Below, one piece after another: positions 1 to 7,095 of a stretch of 64,000 bases of DNA. Each line of letters begins with the position of its first letter. Position 1 is the first letter of the stretch. The position numbers and the translations under genes are program-made. Under the pieces are notes generated by a model. The model ran no database searches, had not been told where the DNA came from, and saw only the letters and a list, made by a program, of their open reading frames with translations. This stretch comes from an uncultured Candidatus Saccharibacteria bacterium (GTDB taxonomy: Bacteria; Patescibacteriota; Minisyncoccia; Sungbacterales; HO2-52-23): the NCBI GenBank assembly GCA_964585475.1, contig CAZPDF010000001.1, forward strand, positions 1,441 to 65,440, written 5' to 3'.

Positions 1-1225
1 CCGGAGGCAACATGTCTTCCATTGCCCTTTTCACCTCATTCATTATTTCGTAAATAATTTCACCGCGGATGATGCGGATATTTGAGTTTTCTGCCAATTC
101 CCGCACCGCGGGATTCACTTTCACGTTGAATCCGACAATGGTGACAAGGTTGGTTGCTTGAGCAAGTTTAACGTCGGACTCGTTTATGTCGCCCGCCTCG
201 CTCCGCAAAATCCTGACCCTGATTATTTCCGAGTCGAGTTTCTTCAGGGAGTCCTCCAGCGCTTCTTTTGATCCGGCGACGTCCGATTTTAGAATTATAT
301 TGAATACGGGTTTGTTGACATCGCTCGTCGGCGAGCCCGCCTTTTCCTTGGCGGTATCTTCCGGCAATGAAGCTATAAAATCTTCTGCGGCTTCTTTGGA
401 GTGGAACGTTTTAAACGTGTCGCCGGCGCCCGGGGCCCCAGAGAGGCCAGCAACGAGTATCGGGGATGAAGGTCCGGCTTCATCAATGCCGCGACCGAGA
501 AAATCCTCCAAAATTCGTATGGTTTCAACCGATTTTCCAATCGCCACAATATCGCCTTTTTTCAACGTTCCGTCCAAGATGAGCAACGTCGCACTAATGC
601 CTCGTTTCGGATCAATGTTGGTTTCGACAACCGTTCCCTCGGCCGGTTTCAAGGGGTCTGCCTTGAGTGCTTCAAGGTCCGCCAGGAGCAGAAGTATTTC
701 AAGGAGCGCATCCATATTTTTGCCGCCCTTGGCGCTCACCTCTGCTGCAGGAACCTTGCCTCCATATCCTTCAACCAGAACCCCCGTTTCGGCTAACTGA
801 GATCGCACCCGCTCGGAATTGGCCTCCGATTTATCGATTTTATTTATAGCGACCGCAAAAGGCAGATCGTTTTTCAGGATGATGTCAATCGCCTCTTTGG
901 TTTGCGGCTTTACGCCTTCATCCGCGGCCACCACCAGTACGGCGATATCCGCGGCTTTGGCGCCCCTAGAACGGAGGCGCGAAAATGCTTCGTGGCCCGG
1001 AGTATCAATAAACGTGATTCTTTTCCCTTGGTGCGTCACTTCGTAGGCGCCGATGTGCTGGGTGATTCCGCCGGATTCCTCCTCCACCACTTTGGTTTTC
1101 CTGTACCAATCTAGAAGCTTGGTTTTGCCATGATCAATGTGGCCCATCACAACCACAATGGGGGGCCTTACTTGGACATGTTCTTTTTGGGATCTCGTTG
1201 TCTTACTTTTTATTGTCATAGCCAT
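1..1225 (-). CDS. infB: translation initiation factor IF-2 (5' part of the gene; the 3' end runs off the left edge)
   Basis: Absent from the ORF track because it has no stop codon inside the window. My reverse-strand translation from the ATG at 1225 reads MAMTIKSKTTRSQKEHVQVRPPIVVVMGHIDHGKTKLLDWYRKTKVVEEESGGITQHIGAYEV...FIDTPGHEAF...AINKIDK. This contains GTPase motifs G1, G3 and G4 of IF-2 with almost no N-terminal extension. The + strand ORFs 186..800, 667..849, 819..1046 and 902..1114 are antisense shadows of this gene. Confidence 0.9.
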   Translation of the reverse strand, partial: MAMTIKSKTTRSQKEHVQVRPPIVVVMGHIDHGKTKLLDWYRKTKVVEEESGGITQHIGAYEVTHQGKRITFIDTPGHEAFSRLRSRGAKAADIAVLVVAADEGVKPQTKEAIDIILKNDLPFAVAINKIDKSEANSERVRSQLAETGVLVEGYGGKVPAAEVSAKGGKNMDALLEILLLLADLEALKADPLKPAEGTVVETNIDPKRGISATLLILDGTLKKGDIVAIGKSVETIRILEDFLGRGIDEAGPSSPILVAGLSGAPGAGDTFKTFHSKEAAEDFIASLPEDTAKEKAGSPTSDVNKPVFNIILKSDVAGSKEALEDSLKKLDSEIIRVRILRSEAGDINESDVKLAQATNLVTIVGFNVKVNPAVRELAENSNIRIIRGEIIYEIMNEVKRAMEDMLPP

Positions 1226-1310
1226 CCGCCGATAAGTCGCTGATAGTTACGCTGATTAAACGCCGATCAAGAATGATCAGCGACTTATCGGCGTAGTAAT
1301 CAGCGTCGTA

Positions 1311-1775
1311 TCAGCGGTTAATGGTTTCTTCCAGCACCTTCTTTTCTTCCTCCGATAGAGGATGTTTTGATTTTCCCGCCTCAATTTTTTTGGCGTATAT
1401 TCTTATCCCATCGCGCATATAGAGTGAGGAAATTACGACGCCATTGTCTTCATGATCAAGTAGCGCGAGGATAAAACTTTGATCGCTTCCGGTGTCCTGA
1501 AATGGGTTGAACCTTAAAAATCCTATTTTCTGAACGCTGATTTTGGAAATTTCTTCAACCGATTTAAGACGCGGTTCAAATTCCTCAAATTTCGCCTCTA
1601 GCCGAGCGAGGCGCCTTATCAGGTCTTTTTGAAAATCCGGCGGGGTTTCTTTATCTCCTCCCAGAATCGCGGTGACCTTCTTTTTTAGATCAAATACTTG
1701 CCAAGCCGTTATCGCAAAGCTGGCAATGAGTAGGCCTAGCAAAATAAAAAATTGGTATTGATTAATCCAGTTCAT
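1311..1775 (-). CDS. DUF4446-like membrane protein
   Basis: ORF track gives 1311..1886. I trimmed the start to the internal Met (MNWINQYQFFILLGLLIASFAITAW...) because the upstream codons overlap the 3' end of the GNAT gene. The protein has one N-terminal TM helix, a coiled segment, then GFLRFNPFQDTGSDQSFILALLD...IYAKKI, which I recognise as the DUF4446 pattern. Confidence 0.7.
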   Translation of the reverse strand: MNWINQYQFFILLGLLIASFAITAWQVFDLKKKVTAILGGDKETPPDFQKDLIRRLARLEAKFEEFEPRLKSVEEISKISVQKIGFLRFNPFQDTGSDQSFILALLDHEDNGVVISSLYMRDGIRIYAKKIEAGKSKHPLSEEEKKVLEETINR

Positions 1776-1815
1776 GGTGGTCGCAATTAATTTTTGCTTG
1801 AGAATATTCCGATAT

Positions 1816-2241
1816 TCATGTCTTTTTCCTGTCCTTTTCCATTTCAGCAGTTTCAACCGCATAGACTGCCTTATGCAGTCTTCCATTTTCTAAGTCGGTG
1901 GGAAGGTTATAGCCGTAACAACTTGAGCCTGGTATTACTGGTTTCCACCCCGCCTTTTCGTATATGGAGTAGGCAGGATCATTTTCGGCAATTGAATTGA
2001 ATAGGAGACCCGCCTTTTTCCGTAAATCAAGAAAGTGATTAAGTTCGTTGAGAATATCTTTCCCAAATCCTTGGTTTCTCGCGTGTGGTAAAACAAACAC
2101 CAGTTTTATGTAATAAAACGGGAATGGGCTGTTTCTATATTCTAAATTTGCGAAGCCGACCATATCGCCTTCTGTCTGTAGTTCAATACGATGTATTTTC
2201 CCCTCTGTCGCGGGAGGTTTAAGGTGTTCAAATTCTTTCAT
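1816..2241 (-). CDS. GNAT family N-acetyltransferase
   Basis: 141-aa ORF with an acetyl-CoA binding motif in ARNQGFGKDILNEL (Q/R-x-x-G-x-G/A) and a typical GNAT size. Confidence 0.75.
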   Translation of the reverse strand: MKEFEHLKPPATEGKIHRIELQTEGDMVGFANLEYRNSPFPFYYIKLVFVLPHARNQGFGKDILNELNHFLDLRKKAGLLFNSIAENDPAYSIYEKAGWKPVIPGSSCYGYNLPTDLENGRLHKAVYAVETAEMEKDRKKT

Positions 2242-2283
2242 AATTTTTTAGCCAATTAGGCCTCTCGACAAAAAGTTATTTAC

Positions 2284-2330
2284 CGGCGAGGGGAGGATTC
2301 GAACCTCCGGTACCATTGTTGGTACACCTG
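2284..2330 (-). other. tRNA-Ser-like 3' fragment (variable arm, T arm, acceptor strand)
   Basis: Minus strand reads GGTGTACCAACAATGGTACC-GGAGGTTCGAATCCTCC-CCTCGCC-G. No adjacent 5' half is present. The strand CCTCGCC could pair with GGTGGGG at 2914..2920 using two G:U pairs. It is preceded by a local hairpin CGATTTGT-TG-CCAAAATTTC...GAAATTTTGG-ACAAATCG. Confidence 0.4.
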
Positions 2331-2434
2331 TTTTTTCCCGATTTGTCCAAAATTTCGATTCAATTTGAAGAAGAAATTTTGGCAACAAATCGCAATCCCG
2401 TTCAAAACGGAGGCGAGAGGATTTGAACCTCTGA

Positions 2435-2548
2435 GGGGATTTCGGTTGCCTTCTCGGCAAACCCCAGGGCCGACTTTTGTAAAACGTTCGCAAGGCGCAC
2501 TTAAATAAAGTAGTCGGCCCGCGAAACGATCGGTAATCGTTTCGCCCA
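2435..2548 (-). repeat. three-hairpin structured element, copy 1 (in the variable region of the outer tRNA-Ser)
   Basis: Minus strand reads TGGGCGAAACGATTACCGATCGTTTCGC-GGGCCGACT...TGCGAACGT...AGTCGGCCC-TGGGGTTTGCCGAGAAGGCAACCGAAATCCCC. It shares the blocks TGGGCGAAA, TTTCGCGGG, TGCGAACGT, CCCTGGG, TTTGCCGA and GAAGGCAA with copy 2. Confidence 0.65.
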
Positions 2549-2583
2549 GCCGGTTTCTTGCCCCGCACTAAAATTTGGATTTT

Positions 2584-2670
2584 CGGAAGCGGGAGGATTC
2601 GAACCTCCGATACGGTTTCCCGTATAACGGTTTTCGAGACCGTCCCATTCAACCACTCTGGCACGCTTCC
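2584..2670 (-). tRNA. tRNA-Ser(CGA)
   Basis: Hand-folded cloverleaf: GGAAGCG-TG-CCAGAGTGGTTGAATGGG-ACGGT-CTCGAAA-ACCGT-TATACGGGAAACCGTATC-GGAGGTTCGAATCCTCC-CGCTTCC-G. It has a long variable arm. No CCA is encoded. Confidence 0.85.
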
Positions 2671-2751
2671 AAATTTTTAGTGCGGGGTCGAGACCGGCGC
2701 TTTAGACCACTCAGCCACGCCTCCGTTTTGTCCGGGACGAGACCGTCCCAT

Positions 2752-2848
2752 TGTTTTGCCTTCGTCGGCAAAACCCAGGGAAATTTTTTACGTTCGCACG
2801 GCTCCGCCGGCTCGCTAAATTTCCCGCGAAAGTCTATAGCTTTCGCCC
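2752..2848 (-). repeat. three-hairpin structured element, copy 2 (in the D loop of a truncated tRNA-Ser-like fragment)
   Basis: Minus strand reads GCCAGAGTGG-[GCGAAAGCTATAGACTTTCGC-GGGAAATTT...GTGCGAACGTAAAAAATTTCCC-TGGGTTTTGCCGACGAAGGCAAAACA]-ATGGGACGGTCTCG. The flanks match the D arm and anticodon stem of the intact tRNA-Ser (GCCAGAGTGGTTGAATGGGACGGTCTCG). Confidence 0.65.
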
Positions 2849-2862
2849 ACTCTGGCATCCCG

Positions 2863-2920
2863 CCAAATTTTTAGTGCGGGGTCGAGACCGGCGCTTTCAA
2901 TCGGACTCAGCCACCCCACC
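2863..2920 (-). other. orphan tRNA-Ser-like 5' half plus helix arm
   Basis: Minus strand reads GGTGGGG-TG-GCTGAGTCCGATTGAAAGC-G-CCGGT-CTCGA-CCCCGCACTAAAAATTTGG. This is the same layout as the 5' part of the outer Ser gene at 2688..2724, but no matching second arm follows it. Confidence 0.45.
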
Positions 2921-2935
2921 CCAAGGCGCTAGCTC

Positions 2936-2964
2936 AAAATAGCATTTTTTTCTTGAAAATTCAA
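2936..2964 (-). promoter_or_regulatory. candidate sigma-70 promoter for the tRNA array
   Basis: Minus strand has TTGAAT, a 17-nt spacer, then TATTTT, ending about 15 nt upstream of the first tRNA-like 5' end at 2920. Confidence 0.45.
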
Positions 2965-3031
2965 CCGGCCGCCCTGCCGAAGGCACGGCTACGGCCGCCT
3001 TGGGGCGACCTGCCTCTAACGGGGTCAATGT

Positions 3032-3057
3032 AAAACCCCGTGCTGTGAGGACGGGGT
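3032..3057 (-). terminator. intrinsic terminator after the gene 3066..3938
   Basis: Minus strand has ACCCCGT-cctcacagc-ACGGGGT followed by TTTT. A third copy of the stem half at 3019..3025 allows an alternative pairing. Confidence 0.6.
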
Positions 3058-3065
3058 CGTAAGTA

Positions 3066-3938
3066 TTACTTGAATTCCCAGATAATGCCGGCGCCGATTT
3101 CCATCTCTCGCTTGTTCCCATGGTTCTCGTTAAGTTTGCCGCTCGGGTCAAGGTTTAGCAGGAAACTGTAGTTTCCGCTCAAGCGTAGCGCCAAGCCGTT
3201 AAGGCCTTTGGGAAAGTGGAGGTGCTTACCGAGGTAATATGTAGCGGCAGGAGAGATGCCTATTCGCCGCATCTCAAGGGACCGGTCAAGGTATGCGGAA
3301 GGAGCCAGCGCAAGTTCGATATACTCGGTCGGCCGATAGTAACTGCGGAGCCCCACTTCCATGGTCATGGGGTTTTTATGCTCGGTGGTGGTTATATTGG
3401 TTGCCGGCATGTCGGAGATGATATGGTAGCGGCCGCATCCGTCAATGAGAAAATCTGGGCTGCCAAGAAGTTTCGCACAGGCGCCGATCCAGTGGGTTTT
3501 CGCCCCCCAATCCGGGTTTTTCTCGCCGATATTGTGCATTCTGCGGGTTCCGAGCTCCAGCCGCACCATTTTGAGGAATGCGGGAGTATAGCCGAGTTCT
3601 CCGCCCCAATCAATGCGGTCCGGTGCGTCTGTGCCGGTCAGGAGAGCGAGATCAATGTATGCCTCGAATTTACCCCACTGCGGATCCTCAAAGAAGCGAT
3701 ACTGCGTCTGCATTCCAAGTTTACGGGTCGGGCTCTTTTGGGCATCTCTAACTTTGGTATCAAGCTGTAGCATCCGGTTGTTAAAGACGGACCACTCGTG
3801 GGAAAGTTCGAAACGAAGCGCAGGATCCTGATCCCACCTAATCCCAGAGTATGGCTCGTATGCCGAGGTGTTCGAAAAGGCCAGCAACACGGCCAAAACA
3901 GCGAAAATCGAGGCAAAACGAAGGTAATTCTTGCTCAC
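3066..3938 (-). CDS. secreted hypothetical protein, possibly a beta-barrel
   Basis: 290-aa ORF with a signal peptide (MSKNYLRFASIFAVLAVLLAFSNTSA). It has alternating hydrophobic/polar stretches rich in Y/G/W and a C-terminal GAGIIWEFK. The fold assignment is only an impression. Confidence 0.65.
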   Translation of the reverse strand: MSKNYLRFASIFAVLAVLLAFSNTSAYEPYSGIRWDQDPALRFELSHEWSVFNNRMLQLDTKVRDAQKSPTRKLGMQTQYRFFEDPQWGKFEAYIDLALLTGTDAPDRIDWGGELGYTPAFLKMVRLELGTRRMHNIGEKNPDWGAKTHWIGACAKLLGSPDFLIDGCGRYHIISDMPATNITTTEHKNPMTMEVGLRSYYRPTEYIELALAPSAYLDRSLEMRRIGISPAATYYLGKHLHFPKGLNGLALRLSGNYSFLLNLDPSGKLNENHGNKREMEIGAGIIWEFK

Positions 3939-4036
3939 TGCTTAACCTCGTCTGTAGTGATCTAGCCCATTCGTTGCATATAGGGGGACTTAAGTCAAGT
4001 TTTCTAAAACATTCTGTTTTCCACAGTTTTGGGAAA

Positions 4037-4142
4037 CCCCGCCCCTACTCTACTGCGGAATTCTTACCCTTACTACAAGGATACTGCAGCTTGACCCTTG
4101 TCTTTAATAATTCAACTACGAGGTAGAGTAGGGGGAGCGGGG
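4037..4142. repeat. CCCCGC-terminated long palindromic element
   Basis: Left arm is ccccgcccctactctac (4037..4053). Right arm is gtagagtagggggagcgggg (4123..4142). Intergenic between two minus-strand genes. Confidence 0.6.
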
Positions 4143-4164
4143 TAAACAAAATGGACCAGTATTT

Positions 4165-5064
4165 CTACTTGGTCCGAGACGAATTGATGGTGATTGCCCG
4201 TATCCATTTTGAATCCCGGGTCACATATTCATAGCCGCGTTCTTCAAGAAGTTTCTGCATATAGAGAGTGTGGTACCAGCCGTATTTAAGACATGCGGTC
4301 ACGGGCTTAGAACTTTGAAGGGGGTTTTGAAGGAGATTATCAAGCACTTTTAACGCCTCTTCATCGCGTTCCCGGGTTACGAAGTCGCGTACGGGCTTAC
4401 GAAGATCCCGGTATTCGATAAATGCGGTTCTCATCCATTTCTCAAATTCGGGTTTGGTTGCATTCCCCGCTTCCACTTTTGAGAAAAATTCGTGGGAGAG
4501 GGCGGCAAATTCAATGCGCGAAAGTACCGGAGAGGCAGAGGCGATTTCTTGCAAAGATTTCCAGAAATTGCGCCAGCCATTTTTCTCTTGCCGCATATAC
4601 CAAACCGCATCTCCGGAAACCCAGTTTGGCTGTTGATAATCAAAAGCAGTTCGTTCGTCCCACCAGCCAAAGATGGAGCGGAAAGTGGGATGTGAAATCA
4701 GATCGGCGATGGCGAAAAATCTGTCAAAATCCTCCCCGAAAAGTTTGGGTTTCTGAATAAGCTCGCGATACCAATAGAGCTCCGGGCTTTCGGGCGCAAG
4801 TTTCTCCGCAAGCGGCCCCTCGTAAATTACGTAGTCGCACTGGCGAAGTATTTCGCGAAGATGGAGATAGTAAGCGGGATCGGCCTGATGAATGGTTCCG
4901 ACAAGTATGATTGTCCGCTTGTCGCGCGGATGCCAGAAGTAATTGACCTTGGTTGAGATGGCCTGAGGTTCAATGAGCAGTCCTTTCGGTACCGGCTTGG
5001 ATTCCCAGGGCGGTTCTTGGCAGGCAAAGAAGAGTGTTGCAACACAGACAATGGTTTTTAACAT
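4165..5064 (-). CDS. lipoprotein-like hypothetical protein (possibly TraB/GumN-like)
   Basis: 299-aa ORF. The N-terminus MLKTIVCVATLFFAC resembles a lipobox. The motif LVGTIHQADP is reminiscent of the GTxH motif of the TraB/GumN family. The family call is unverified. Confidence 0.6.
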   Translation of the reverse strand: MLKTIVCVATLFFACQEPPWESKPVPKGLLIEPQAISTKVNYFWHPRDKRTIILVGTIHQADPAYYLHLREILRQCDYVIYEGPLAEKLAPESPELYWYRELIQKPKLFGEDFDRFFAIADLISHPTFRSIFGWWDERTAFDYQQPNWVSGDAVWYMRQEKNGWRNFWKSLQEIASASPVLSRIEFAALSHEFFSKVEAGNATKPEFEKWMRTAFIEYRDLRKPVRDFVTRERDEEALKVLDNLLQNPLQSSKPVTACLKYGWYHTLYMQKLLEERGYEYVTRDSKWIRAITINSSRTK

Positions 5065-5236
5065 TTTATCCGTCCTCTACGGCTGTAAGCGAGCTGTTTA
5101 GAAAATAGCACTTTCCATAAAATTTGTCAAACCAGTTAGAAAAACGGCGGAGATGTATGAAGAATTAAATTATTTGCGGCGTCAGCGGAATTTAACAGCA
5201 ATTTGGATTCAGCAGTTTTTCTCTAACGGGGTCAAC

Positions 5237-5258
5237 AAAAAAATCCGCCGAGGGCGGA
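5237..5258 (-). terminator. intrinsic terminator downstream of 5337..6365
   Basis: Minus strand has TCCGCC-ctcg-GGCGGA followed by TTTTTTT. A second hairpin, cccggcttcggccggg, lies at 5313..5328. Confidence 0.6.
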
Positions 5259-5336
5259 CTTGGAAATAGGGAATGGCGTAAGTAACCGATTTGGGTGTGC
5301 AGTAATAATAAATCCCGGCTTCGGCCGGGAGAAAAG

Positions 5337-6365
5337 TTAATTAAGGATTTTCCGGAAAAATTCCATCATTTTCCTGGGCGTATAACTAAGGTTGAGAACC
5401 GTCGTCGAAATAAAAGACGTCTTGTGTCCGTGTAGGAAAGTAATTCGCTCCGGTTCTCCCGCGGCATGCCAAAATGCTTCTCTGCCAGAATAAGGAATAT
5501 ATTCATCGAATTTGGCATCCACATAGAGTACGCGCGAAGAATCTAGATTCGCCGCATAGCGCACGGGTTCGATATCCCAAAAAAGCGGCTTGAGAATTCT
5601 TTGCAGTTCTTCGGCGGTTTTGCCGGAATGGCGTATAACGGTATCTCGGATCTTTTTAATGCGGGGTTCTTGCGCATAAGCAAACATCTCATCCAGATTC
5701 CCTCCGCCCATAAAAATTGCGCCAGCGGCAATCCGTTCATCAACGCCCATGGCAACACCGGCAACTAACGCGCTCGTACTCAAACCGACCAGCCCAACAC
5801 GCTGTATATCAATCTCCTGCTCACTTTCCGCCCAATCCGTGAGGCGACGGATGCCGATAACTGCGCGCTGGAATCTTGCCTTTGAATCTCGAAGGGCCGC
5901 AAGCATTTCCTCTTCCGTCGATACGGCCACAAGCGCATCAAGATCAAGGGGGTCGTCGCCTGCATGCTCCTGAAGATAGAGAACGTTAAAATCCGCATAC
6001 GGATTCCAGAGCGCAAAGTGTGAAGCAACAAAAACCGCGGGAAGCTCGTGCTTTCCATAGAGAGGAAGTATAATAATCAGCCTCTTTTTTCCGGTGGCCC
6101 TGCTCCGGTAGTACGTCGCCTCAATACGATTTTCTGGCGTAGAAAGCTCTAAGTAAAAGGTTTGATATAGATCGTTTCCTTCTGAAGGAAGTTCGTCCAG
6201 AAAGACGGTGCTTTTCTCCGGCTTATATGCGAAAAAGGAAGAATTATCTGGGTGATGCCGGGGATTGGGTACGGCGCCGCGATAGGGCAAAACCATCGTT
6301 GTACAGGCGCTCGCAAAAGATGCTATAGCCAACAATCCGAAGATACGATGCATTACGGAGAGCAT
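5337..6365 (-). CDS. alpha/beta hydrolase-fold lipoprotein
   Basis: 342-aa ORF. It has a signal/lipobox-like N-terminus (LLAIASFASAC), a nucleophile-elbow-like VGLVGLSTSALVAG, and a C-terminal HGHK typical of the fold. Confidence 0.65.
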   Translation of the reverse strand: MLSVMHRIFGLLAIASFASACTTMVLPYRGAVPNPRHHPDNSSFFAYKPEKSTVFLDELPSEGNDLYQTFYLELSTPENRIEATYYRSRATGKKRLIIILPLYGKHELPAVFVASHFALWNPYADFNVLYLQEHAGDDPLDLDALVAVSTEEEMLAALRDSKARFQRAVIGIRRLTDWAESEQEIDIQRVGLVGLSTSALVAGVAMGVDERIAAGAIFMGGGNLDEMFAYAQEPRIKKIRDTVIRHSGKTAEELQRILKPLFWDIEPVRYAANLDSSRVLYVDAKFDEYIPYSGREAFWHAAGEPERITFLHGHKTSFISTTVLNLSYTPRKMMEFFRKILN

Positions 6366-6573
6366 GAGAAGTATTGTCCTTTTTTGCAGGTGCTATCCTT
6401 AATTATATTCACTCTTATTTTTTCTTCAAGAGTTGATCCTCAAGGTAGTTAGGACGAGAGTAGCGAGAATGGTGATATTTTTCAAGAGCGATCTTTCAAA
6501 TGCACCGCCTTGAAAACTTGCCTGTTTCAGCTACCTTAGATGAAAGGAAAGGCCGCCTATTTCGTCTTAAATT

Positions 6574-7095
6574 ATGAACACCGGAGAACAGAATAGTTTT
6601 CTTAAGGCATACGAAGATTTTTCAGACGCAATCTTCCGGTATTGCTATTTTCGGCTTTATCACCGGGAACTTGCGAAGGATCTCGCGCAGGAGACATTTA
6701 TAAAGACTTGGGAATACATTGCCAAGGGAGGGAAAGTGCAGAATATACGCGCGTTTTTATACCGCGTGGCGCGAAACCTCATTATCGATGAGTCAAGGAA
6801 AAAGCGGATGTTCTCTTTGGATTTATTGCGAGAAAAAGGGTTTGATCCGGCTGTATCCATGGAGGAGGAGATACAGTCCCACGCAGGCGTAAGGGATGTA
6901 ATGAAGTTTCTTTCGGATCTTGAGCCGAAATACCGCGAAGTAATTATCTTGCGCTTCGTTGAGGACATGTCACCCAAAGAAATTGCGGAGGCGATTGGTG
7001 AATCGGAAAATAATATATCGGTACGACTCCACCGCGCAATTAAAAAAGTGCGGGAGCTAATAGAGAAGGAATCTCGCCATCATGAATCCCGTTAG
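6574..7095 (+). CDS. RNA polymerase sigma-70 family ECF sigma factor
   Basis: 173 aa. Region 2 is DLAQETFIKTWEYI...FLYRVARNLIIDESRK. Region 4 HTH is MSPKEIAEAIGESENNISVRLHRAIKKV. Confidence 0.85.
   Translation: MNTGEQNSFLKAYEDFSDAIFRYCYFRLYHRELAKDLAQETFIKTWEYIAKGGKVQNIRAFLYRVARNLIIDESRKKRMFSLDLLREKGFDPAVSMEEEIQSHAGVRDVMKFLSDLEPKYREVIILRFVEDMSPKEIAEAIGESENNISVRLHRAIKKVRELIEKESRHHESR

Larger units (their letters stand above)
2408..2724 (-). other. interrupted (outer) tRNA-Ser(CGA)-like gene enclosing tRNA-Ser 2584..2670
   Basis: The 5' part (2688..2724, minus strand) is GGAGGCGTGGCTGAGTGGTCTAAAGCGCCGGTCTCGA. It is followed by the arm CCCCGCACTAAAAATTTGG, the inner tRNA, the arm CCAAATTTTAGTGCGGGG, then CAAG and AAACCGGC. 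After a 114-nt three-hairpin insert come the T arm AGAGGTTCAAATCCTCT and the acceptor strand CGCCTCC, which is perfectly complementary to GGAGGCG. Confidence 0.5.
2284..2920 (-). other. composite tRNA-Ser-like array: one intact tRNA plus interrupted and partial tRNA-Ser-like modules
   Basis: Reading the minus strand, I see in order: a tRNA-Ser-like 5' half plus a helix arm, a truncated Ser-like fragment carrying a 97-nt insert in its D loop, a full interrupted unit (2408..2724) enclosing an intact tRNA-Ser, and a final variable-arm/T-arm/acceptor fragment. ORFs 2248..2664, 2575..2874, 2649..2858 and 2751..2942 across this region are not credible proteins. Confidence 0.6.

Noticed and set aside
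186-1114. Plus-strand ORFs 186..800, 667..849, 819..1046 and 902..1114
   Set aside because: They lie antisense to a clear IF-2 reading frame and have Ser/Ala/Pro/Arg-rich shadow composition with no motifs.
2248-3151. ORFs 2248..2664, 2575..2874, 2649..2858, 2751..2942 and 2897..3151 over the tRNA array
   Set aside because: The sequence is fully explained by tRNA and tRNA-like modules and hairpins. The translations are Arg/Pro/Ser-rich, and no RBS is present.
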